NCBI GenBank assembly: GCA_964482825.1
Contig: CAYZZG010000001.1
Span: 63,754 to 109,673, forward strand
DNA length: 45,920 nt
Direction of reading: 5' to 3'
Source: an uncultured Gammaproteobacteria bacterium
GTDB lineage: Bacteria; Patescibacteriota; Microgenomatia; Levybacterales; UBA12049
Shown here: positions 39,098-45,920 of the stretch, piece after piece
Layout of the letters: every line of letters starts with the position of its first letter
How positions within the stretch are numbered: position 1 is the stretch's first letter
Program-made: the position numbers and the translations under genes
Notes under the pieces: generated by a model
The model's database searches: none
What the model was told of the DNA's origin: nothing
What the model saw: only the letters and a program-made list of their open reading frames with translations

Positions 39098-40129
39098 TCA
39101 TTGGCCGTTGGGGATGGTTTTTGAAGTTGGTTCTTCCAAACTTTTTGTGGTATTCAATTTATGGCCTAATTGTGTAAAGCCGGTTGAGACATTGTGAAAC
39201 TGTGAGGAAGCGTTGGTCAGATGTTTGCCTAAAATTGCCATATTTTCGTCTACCTTTTCATAATCTAGTTGTAAAGCACGTAGTAAACGAAAGACTTCTT
39301 TTGATTGTTCTTCGATCTTCTTCCCTTCAAAAGAAAGTAAAATAGTTTGCAAATGCATGTAAAGCGTGGCTGGAGATACAATATATACTCTGGCGCGTCT
39401 GGCATAGTCTGTAAGTTCGGTAAGATTAATTACTTCATAATATACAGATTCACTGGGTACATACATCAGGGCAAAATCCATAGTGCCTTCGTCCGGCAAA
39501 ATATATTTTTTGGCAATTGCGTCAATATGTTTTTTAACATCACGGACAAACTCTTTTTGCAAAGAGATATGTTCATCTTGCGACTTACTTTTCGACATTT
39601 TCTGAAAATTTTCCATGGGAAATTTTGCATCAATAGGTAAAATGCCGGCATCTGTTTTTATGGCAGCATCAACCCGTTCACCGGATTTAAACTGATACTG
39701 TAAGTGAAAACTTTGTTTTGGAAACATTTGGGAAATTAAATCTTTTAAAACATGCTCGCCAATATTGCCTCTAAGTTTTGGGCTTTTAAGAAATTCCTGA
39801 AGTTCTCTCATGCTTCTACCAATCTCGCTCATTTGTCCTACCTCTTTTCCGACATCGCGAATAACGGCGGCTGCCCTATCCAGCCGCTCATTAAGTTGTT
39901 TTGAATTTTCCTGCAGTGTTTTTACCATGTCAGTTGATGAGGAACGTAGCGCTTCGTTAAGGGTTTTATTCGTTATCTCAAGTGAGCTCTGCATTGTTTT
40001 TAACCACTCAAGTAAAGGAGTATTGTCTTTTGTTTTTTGCAGTTCTGAGAATTTACGATTAAATAAATAGATAAAAATAACGAAGCACCCAACAATAAGA
40101 GTAATAGCAATAAACAGGTCGGATTGCAT
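39098..40129 (-). CDS. rmuC: DNA recombination protein RmuC
   Basis: 343 aa, N-terminal TM, coiled coil, C-terminal RmuC-type domain (VDAAIK...LPIDAKFP...YVPSE). Confidence 0.88.
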   Translation of the reverse strand: MQSDLFIAITLIVGCFVIFIYLFNRKFSELQKTKDNTPLLEWLKTMQSSLEITNKTLNEALRSSSTDMVKTLQENSKQLNERLDRAAAVIRDVGKEVGQMSEIGRSMRELQEFLKSPKLRGNIGEHVLKDLISQMFPKQSFHLQYQFKSGERVDAAIKTDAGILPIDAKFPMENFQKMSKSKSQDEHISLQKEFVRDVKKHIDAIAKKYILPDEGTMDFALMYVPSESVYYEVINLTELTDYARRARVYIVSPATLYMHLQTILLSFEGKKIEEQSKEVFRLLRALQLDYEKVDENMAILGKHLTNASSQFHNVSTGFTQLGHKLNTTKSLEEPTSKTIPNGQ

Positions 40130-40170
40130 ATCTTTTATTGTATCACGAGTACGTAAGAAGAATTTTATGC

Positions 40171-40184
40171 GTGATCTAGATCAC
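40171..40184. promoter_or_regulatory. perfect 14-bp palindrome GTGATCTAGATCAC in the rmuC / secreted-protein divergent spacer
   Basis: Direct reading. Lies 13 nt upstream of TTGACA 40197-40202 (18-nt spacer, TATGCT 40221-40226). Confidence 0.35.
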
Positions 40185-40239
40185 AAATTTGGGGTATTGA
40201 CAAACGGTTTTTAAGTTGCGTATGCTGATATTGCTGTCC

Positions 40240-42786
40240 ATGTTGCGACTAAGAAATTATTTTATATTTCTATTCTTAATATCATTCTACTTTTTATTAA
40301 GCGCTGCTTCTGTATCTGCCCAAACCCCCAGACGCTACTATGACTGGAGTTCTACCTTGGATCAAGGGAAACAACAGGTTTTAGGAATACAAGCTTTCGC
40401 TCAGGAAAATGCTGGATCAACTACTACATCAAAAGATTTACAAGAATTTAATAGATATTTTATTGGAGGAAATCTAACCCCCAGCAGCCCCTTTTACTTT
40501 ATTAAACCATTCCAAGAAAACATGCAAATGACCTTTACTTTTGACCCAAAAACAAAAGAAAATATGCGACTTGGTATCACAGGGGAAAGAGTTGCAGAAA
40601 TGCAAGAATTAATAAAGCAAAATCAGATTAATGCGCTTTCCGCAGCAGCTTCAGGCTATGAGCATGCGATGACTGATCTTGCGGGAAATGCAGAAAGCCT
40701 GCAAAAACAAAAGATAAACATAAGCGACATTCTTAAAAAAATAGAAGAAGAAACAGCCAAACATAATGTTGTTCTGGAAGAAGTTGCCGTACAAGTTCCT
40801 GATACCCAGAAGCAGTCAATAGAAAAAGCACTCGAGGCCAACTGGCAAGGAGTTGATACGGTGGCTGATCTTTCTAATCGTCCGGCTGTTCCACCGGACG
40901 TTGTTGACAGAATTCAAGCGCTTAAAGCCCAAGGACTTTTAACAGAAGAGGAATCATCAAAACTAATCAGCGCCAAAAATCGAACAGAAGCCCGTCAAGA
41001 GTTACGCAAATATGTAACAGAAGGTGTTCTTCCCGAAGCAGACTTTATGCGGATGAATGAAAATGTAAAGCAGTTATATCCAGATGATTTTTATAAAATT
41101 CATGAAGTAAAAAGATTTTACGAGATGAAAAGACTGGAAACAGAAAAACCGGATGACGCCACATTAACAAAAGTTCAAGAATTTGCTAAAACCTATAAAC
41201 AAGGGGATATAGTTCCAGCAGATATTAGGCGATACTGGGTACCAGTAGTAAGACTAGAGGAAATTCAAAATACGCTGCGTCCTGATCTGATTGACTCCAA
41301 TATTTTTAAGAATAGACAAGACGACTATAAAAAATTTACCGAGGTGGTGGAGCGGTTCAAACCAAAACCGGAAGACCTAGCGTACATCAATAACTATATA
41401 CAGAATAATAATGCCGATGTTAATAGTCTTCCTCCTGAGTATCAGAGAATGTATAAATTGTCGCAACAGTATGGAGCTGCTTGCGGTGCGGGTCAACGAT
41501 GGATACCTCAGTCTCAATCTGGAGGTTATTGCGCTCCAGAGGGCTCATCTAATCTAGGAGATCTACCAAAAACAGAGGACTTTGCAAAAGGGAAATCATG
41601 TAGCAGAGCAGTAACTGCTGCAAAGGGGCCAGGCGGAGTGTGTTCGGCATATCCTACAGATTGCGTGCCTCCAGGTTGGACTTCTGCTTCTACTTGTGTA
41701 GAAACTCCTCGATCTGAAACTACAGGCGGACAATTTGGTCAAGCAGTGACCAAAGGAGCAACTAGTTGTCCATCCAATGCGCATTTTGTCGCTGTTCCTT
41801 TCGATCCAAATGGCGGCTATTGTATTCCAAATTATACCTCCACACAAACAGCTATCACAGGTAACAATGCAACAGGAGCTACATTTACCGAGTCATCTTG
41901 TTCGTCAGGATATCATCGTAATTACCCAGGTGGTCCGTGTCTGCAAGATTATGGGTCAAACAGAACAGGCATAGCATCCTTGCCTCCCTTAACATCAACA
42001 CCGGGAAACTACCCAAGTCCTACATATCCAACTAGGCAGTGCGGACCGGGATCTCGTTTTGTGTCCGATCCGTTTGGAGGAGGATACTGTGCTCCAGACA
42101 ATTATCCAGGTCCTGGTTCATCAGGCGGAACAGGAGGAACCGCTTCTTGCACACAACCGGCGGGTGGATGTCCAAGCGGCTGGAGCTGGAATCAGAGTGC
42201 TTGTTCATGTTTGTCAACAAGTGGTAAAGCTGCCGATAGCGCAACCTGCAAACCTCCTTCTGGCGGCTGCCCGGGAGGATGGAATTGGAATCAAAATAAT
42301 TGTTCCTGCGTTTCTAATTCATATCAACCATCTTCTTCTGGAACGTCTATTCCTTATTCCGGAAGCACCTCTCCTTCGGGATATGGTAGTTGTCCGTCAG
42401 GTATGTCATGGAATGGCAGTTATTGTACAGGAACATATACTGGTGGTACTAGCGGAGGAAGCAGTGGTGGGACATACACCGGTTCGGGTACTTCAGGAGG
42501 AACATACTCTGGCTCGGGTACCCAAACATCTGGCGGTAATTATCAACCTCCTTCTGGCGGATCATCAGGAACCTACCAAGCACCTCAACCGTACTATTCC
42601 CAACCACCTACTCAGACAACGACCACTACCTCACCACCGCCATCTGAAACATCATCATCAAGTCCTCCACCGTCATCAGAACCTTCATCAAGTTCTCCTC
42701 CTCCAACTGAGTCAACTTCAAGCTCACCACCTCCATCTACAACAACCACCAGTGGTTGCGGGGGCGGTAGCGGAATCCCGTGCTAA
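40240..42786 (+). CDS. large secreted/surface protein: signal peptide, DUF5667-like N-domain, Cys-repeat region, Ser/Thr/Pro tail
   Basis: ATG 40240 gives MLRLRNYFIFLFLISFYFLLSAASVSA-Q. SSPFYFIKPFQENMQMTFTF...RVAEMQEL resembles DUF5667 (from memory). The track start 40216 (TTG) lies in the promoter spacer. Confidence 0.7.
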   Translation: MLRLRNYFIFLFLISFYFLLSAASVSAQTPRRYYDWSSTLDQGKQQVLGIQAFAQENAGSTTTSKDLQEFNRYFIGGNLTPSSPFYFIKPFQENMQMTFTFDPKTKENMRLGITGERVAEMQELIKQNQINALSAAASGYEHAMTDLAGNAESLQKQKINISDILKKIEEETAKHNVVLEEVAVQVPDTQKQSIEKALEANWQGVDTVADLSNRPAVPPDVVDRIQALKAQGLLTEEESSKLISAKNRTEARQELRKYVTEGVLPEADFMRMNENVKQLYPDDFYKIHEVKRFYEMKRLETEKPDDATLTKVQEFAKTYKQGDIVPADIRRYWVPVVRLEEIQNTLRPDLIDSNIFKNRQDDYKKFTEVVERFKPKPEDLAYINNYIQNNNADVNSLPPEYQRMYKLSQQYGAACGAGQRWIPQSQSGGYCAPEGSSNLGDLPKTEDFAKGKSCSRAVTAAKGPGGVCSAYPTDCVPPGWTSASTCVETPRSETTGGQFGQAVTKGATSCPSNAHFVAVPFDPNGGYCIPNYTSTQTAITGNNATGATFTESSCSSGYHRNYPGGPCLQDYGSNRTGIASLPPLTSTPGNYPSPTYPTRQCGPGSRFVSDPFGGGYCAPDNYPGPGSSGGTGGTASCTQPAGGCPSGWSWNQSACSCLSTSGKAADSATCKPPSGGCPGGWNWNQNNCSCVSNSYQPSSSGTSIPYSGSTSPSGYGSCPSGMSWNGSYCTGTYTGGTSGGSSGGTYTGSGTSGGTYSGSGTQTSGGNYQPPSGGSSGTYQAPQPYYSQPPTQTTTTTSPPPSETSSSSPPPSSEPSSSSPPPTESTSSSPPPSTTTTSGCGGGSGIPC

Positions 42787-43835
42787 TTAAAATGGAGTTC
42801 TGGATCTGCGGTAACTTTTTGCCAAGGGACTTCTTTGTAGCTAAAAAAAGCAGCTGCGGCGATCATGGCAGCATTATCGGTACATAAACTTTTTGCAGGA
42901 GCAAAAAGTTTAACTTTGGACTTTGGACTTAGAACTTTGAACTTCAACTGCTCACGCAGTTTTTCATTTGCTGCAACACCGCCACCAAGTAAAATTGATT
43001 TTACTTTAAACTCTTTTGCAGCTTTTAGGGTTTTTGCTACTAAGACGTCTATAATTGCCTGTTGAACAGAGGCGCAGAGGTCATAAATTGCTGTATTGTT
43101 AAATTGTTTTGTTGCTTTAACTTCACGAAGAACAGCAGTTTTTAATCCACTAAAACTAAAGTCGAAATCATCAGAATCAATTATTGGGCGTGGAAATATA
43201 AAACGATTAGGATTTCCTTTTTGAGCAAGTTTTTCAATCATTGGCCCTGCTGGGTAGGTAAGTCCAAGCAGGCGACCTATTTTATCAAATGCTTCTCCAG
43301 CTGCGTCATCACGCGTTCCGCCAAGCCACTCCCAGCTGCCATGTTCTTTAAACACTAATAAGTCAGTATGGCCCCCAGAGACTATTAATGCAACTACAGG
43401 AAAGGTAATATTGGCATCTGAATTTGAAATTTGAAATTTGAAATTTGAAATTTCGCTAATGAAATTAGCGTAGATATGGCCAAGTAGGTGGTTTACTGGA
43501 ATTATGGGCTTATTCCATGTATATGCCAAAGTCTTTGCGGTTTCTACTCCCACCAAAAGAGAACCAATAAGTCCCGGGCCATACGTTACCGCAATTGCGT
43601 CAATATCCAAGGACCTAACGTTTGCTTTACGCAGTGCTTCTTTAATAACAGGTAGAATATATTGTATTTGCTGACGGGCTGCTATTTCGGGAATAATACC
43701 GCCGGTTTTTGCATGTAGTTCCAAAGAGGATGTTACTGTATTGGAAAAAAGAGTAACCAATTGAGAATTCTTTTTTGCTGAAATTAACGCTACCGCTGTT
43801 TCGTCACAGGAGGTTTCGATACCTAAAATTATCAT
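42783..43835 (-). CDS. tsaD: tRNA N6-adenosine threonylcarbamoyltransferase TsaD
   Basis: 350 aa, ILGIETSCDETA, VNHLLGH, SGGHT, GGVAAN motifs. Confidence 0.95.
   Translation of the reverse strand: MIILGIETSCDETAVALISAKKNSQLVTLFSNTVTSSLELHAKTGGIIPEIAARQQIQYILPVIKEALRKANVRSLDIDAIAVTYGPGLIGSLLVGVETAKTLAYTWNKPIIPVNHLLGHIYANFISEISNFKFQISNSDANITFPVVALIVSGGHTDLLVFKEHGSWEWLGGTRDDAAGEAFDKIGRLLGLTYPAGPMIEKLAQKGNPNRFIFPRPIIDSDDFDFSFSGLKTAVLREVKATKQFNNTAIYDLCASVQQAIIDVLVAKTLKAAKEFKVKSILLGGGVAANEKLREQLKFKVLSPKSKVKLFAPAKSLCTDNAAMIAAAAFFSYKEVPWQKVTADPELHFN
43421..43455. repeat. tandem heptamer (AATTTGA) x4 plus one partial copy, inside tsaD
   Basis: aatttgaaatttgaaatttgaaatttgaaatttcg. Encodes EISNFKFQISNS on the minus strand. 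Confidence 0.9.
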
Positions 43836-44302
43836 TACTTCTCTATTTTTACTTCATCACCTTTCTTAAAGCCGTATTTCTGGGTAAGACCAGCATTGAT
43901 TTCTAAAACAGCGTTAGCAGGCTCTTCTGGTTTATAAATTGTAAGGCTATCATCTTTGGATTTGGGAGGTTGAACACTACTGTGAATAGTAACAATGCGA
44001 TTATCTCTAATAAAGATAATATCAATAGGAAATTTCATGTCTCTCATCCAAAAAGAATAATAGTCGGGTGCAGCAAAAGTAAATAACATGCCATAATCTT
44101 GCGGCATGTTATTTCTATTTGATAGACCAACCTCTTTGTCTTTATCGGAATCTGTGCTATACAGACGAAATGTTTGGTTGTCTATTTTTGCCGTAGCTGT
44201 TTTGGAAAACGGCAGTCGGTTGTTTTTTAAATAATTTTGCGAGAATGGAATTGCCGCAGCTACCAAGAGAAGAATAACAGCTAGAACAATAATCTTTTTC
44301 AT
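43835..44302 (-). CDS. DUF192 domain protein with N-terminal signal/anchor
   Basis: GLSNRNNMPQDYGMLFTF...FWMRDMKFPIDIIF pattern. Confidence 0.8.
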   Translation of the reverse strand: MKKIIVLAVILLLVAAAIPFSQNYLKNNRLPFSKTATAKIDNQTFRLYSTDSDKDKEVGLSNRNNMPQDYGMLFTFAAPDYYSFWMRDMKFPIDIIFIRDNRIVTIHSSVQPPKSKDDSLTIYKPEEPANAVLEINAGLTQKYGFKKGDEVKIEK

Positions 44303-44805
44303 AAGCTAAAATGCTTTGATAATATTTTCGCAAGGCGACTACTTGACGAATCTATGACTTGTTCTATTACATCTACTACCTTTGCAGATAGCATGGTTGC
44401 CTGTCTTTCCTTATGCTTTCGTTCTGGATCGCCTTTTGTTGTTGCAATTATAGCAGGTTTTAGTCCAATAACAAGATTGTCGTAGTCTTGATCAGAAAAA
44501 TTGTTTGGAATGAGCACTACATAATCAACAAAGCGCAAAGACGAAAGTATTTTTGCTCTGTCTTTCTGTCTATTAATTGGTCGATCAATGCCTTTATTTT
44601 GCTTAACGGCTGCGTCATTTTCTAATAAAACAAAAAGAACATCTCCTTCTTTACTGGCTGCTTCAAGAAAAGCTACATGACCAATATGAAGAATGTCAAA
44701 ACAACCACCCACCAAAACGATGGTTTTTCCTTCACGTTTTAGTTGTCTACTTAGCTTAATTGCTTGCTCTATACTTAGAATTTTCTTCACACAACTATAA
44801 TTCAA
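44299..44805 (-). CDS. cytidylyltransferase-family nucleotidyltransferase (RfaE domain II / TagD-like)
   Basis: GGCFDILHIGHVAFL (HxGH) motif. The 44805 start is TTG and a GTG 5 codons downstream is possible. Confidence 0.7.
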   Translation of the reverse strand: MNYSCVKKILSIEQAIKLSRQLKREGKTIVLVGGCFDILHIGHVAFLEAASKEGDVLFVLLENDAAVKQNKGIDRPINRQKDRAKILSSLRFVDYVVLIPNNFSDQDYDNLVIGLKPAIIATTKGDPERKHKERQATMLSAKVVDVIEQVIDSSSSRLAKILSKHFSL

Positions 44806-44911
44806 AAGTCAAAAGGCAAAGGTCAAAATTACTCGCCTCGCGGCCAGCCTCGCCGAGTCTAGGCGGGCGAAGCGGGCAATGCAAAAGTAAAAAGTTTTCA
44901 AAATTTTGATT
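44806..44911. repeat. composite module: A-rich arm, GC-rich core (44831-44876), A-rich arm
   Basis: caaaagtcaaaaggcaaaggtcaaaatta + ctcgcctcgcggccagcctcgccgagtctaggcgggcgaagcgggc + aatgcaaaagtaaaaagtt. 44875-44894 is the reverse complement of 18547-18566. Confidence 0.75.
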
Positions 44912-45920
44912 TCATTCTTTCGTTCCCCTAAGGTACACTGCCTGCCATGGTCTGTATGACGAAACAAATGTTTCTGAGATTATTACTTTTCCATTTTTTG
45001 TGACCTGGCGCGAAAACGATACTTTAGCGCCGGATGCCGCAAAATCAACTTGCTTAACAATTCCTTTTGCAAGAGTTAGATCATCTTGATAAAGTGGCTC
45101 GGGCGGGGCACTCTGTGCGGTAATAATTGGTTTGGTAATCGAAACTTCTCGACCATCTTTTGTTCCATAAAGTGCAAATGTTAAGCGTTCATAGTTTGGA
45201 TCTAAATAGGTTTGTACAAGAATATGATTACCTGTATCATTTTTAAACTTTAAGTCTATATTTGGTACGTAAATTGTAGCATCAAAACCTGGCGGAGAAT
45301 CTTGTTCGTAATATCCAACCCGATATGCATGTGCATTTCGCTCGACTATCGGTAATCCTGCATTAAGTAACGCACGAAAAAACGTAGTGGAAACTTGACA
45401 AACTCCGCCCCCATCTCCTAAAACAGTTCTTCCGTTTTGAATAATGTAGGCTTGTTTGTATCCGGTAAACGCGGAAATATCACCCAATGCTTTATTAAAG
45501 GAAAATACCTCGCCTGGTGCAATTAGTATACCGTTTAGTCTTGTTGCGGCAAGGGTAATATTGTAAATGCGTCCCGGAATTGATCCTTGAAAAAGCGATG
45601 TTCCTGTTCCGATTACTTCTTTAATGCCGTAGGTATTAACTTCTTCTGTGGTAACTTTTGGTTTAATAGTTTGAATTGGAATATGAAAAACAATAGTCTT
45701 AGGGCGATTTTCGGAAATAATTGTTAATGTCCGAGCAGTAATATTCCTTTTGAGTGAGTCTATATCTATATCCTTTCCTTCCAAGGAAAGACGGAAAGCG
45801 GAAACTCTCCCATCTCGAAAGGTAAAAAGGGCATCCACGGGGTCGACTCTTGTCTTCTCTGCTAGCGGTTGTATAGCATTGGTAAGTTTTTCTTCTGAGT
45901 AGCGAAAAGAAGAAGGAAGG
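44912..45920 (-). CDS. VanW family protein, 5'-partial (frame stays open to the window end)
   Basis: PGEVFSFNKALG...GGGVCQVSTTFFRALLNAGLPIVERNAHAYRVGYY...DATI pattern. No stop upstream of GTG 45838 in this frame. Confidence 0.8.
   Translation of the reverse strand, partial: LPSSFRYSEEKLTNAIQPLAEKTRVDPVDALFTFRDGRVSAFRLSLEGKDIDIDSLKRNITARTLTIISENRPKTIVFHIPIQTIKPKVTTEEVNTYGIKEVIGTGTSLFQGSIPGRIYNITLAATRLNGILIAPGEVFSFNKALGDISAFTGYKQAYIIQNGRTVLGDGGGVCQVSTTFFRALLNAGLPIVERNAHAYRVGYYEQDSPPGFDATIYVPNIDLKFKNDTGNHILVQTYLDPNYERLTFALYGTKDGREVSITKPIITAQSAPPEPLYQDDLTLAKGIVKQVDFAASGAKVSFSRQVTKNGKVIISETFVSSYRPWQAVYLRGTKE

Noticed and set aside
42059-42790. 243-aa alternate-frame ORF (His/Gln/Leu-rich) within the secreted-protein gene
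   Set aside because: It is on the same strand in a different frame of a GC-rich, repeat-rich region. The annotated frame has the signal peptide, DUF5667-like domain and Cys motifs, so the alternative is a composition artefact.

Overview
The window reads as one contiguous chromosomal segment from a low-GC, small-genome bacterium, most likely Candidate Phyla Radiation / Patescibacteria. Supporting points: no L30 gene between rpsE and rplO, short tightly packed genes, a DUF5667-type secreted protein, and TGA used as a stop (standard code). Layout: nadD (-). Then on the + strand, tuf and an uninterrupted S10-spc-alpha ribosomal superoperon (rpsJ to rplQ, including secY, adk, an extra P-loop kinase, map, infA, rpmJ, rpoA), followed by rplM-rpsI (0.7-19.1 kb). 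Next come a His-rich NicO-like metal transporter, two tiny membrane ORFs and a tRNA-Pro(GGG) (-). A same-strand block follows: recA, lexA, a nuclease-like/N6-adenine methyltransferase, an unknown TM protein, an HsdS-like specificity subunit, and recX (20.4-26.4 kb). After that: rny, hup, an ABC transporter (1 ATPase + 4 ABC-2 permeases), a four-helix-bundle (23S-IVS-type) gene, RNase P RNA (-), a UvrD-type helicase fused to a Cas4/AddB-like nuclease, a small CxxCxC protein, an RnfD-like/FNR-like/cupredoxin-like trio, rmuC, a large Cys-repeat secreted protein, tsaD, DUF192, a cytidylyltransferase and a 5'-partial VanW gene. Main second-look items: (1) an RM-like module translationally coupled inside a recA-lexA...recX operon, with its nuclease-like N-terminus out of frame; (2) a dispersed family of heptamer-repeat hairpin modules, some with GC-rich cores. 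They fill intergenic gaps of the ribosomal operon, recur as exact 19-20-nt copies 25-38 kb apart, and are also read in frame inside CDSs (rplD?, rpsM, rplQ, rplM, map, recX, tsaD, the rnfD-like gene); (3) recurring promoter / leader hairpin / U-tract / SD-less ATG units (tuf, rplC, infA, rny); (4) an apparent -1 frameshift in rplW; (5) a tRNA-Pro with non-canonical D and T loops; (6) a four-helix-bundle gene bracketed by inverted repeats next to rnpB. Everything here is from reading the sequence. No database searches were run.
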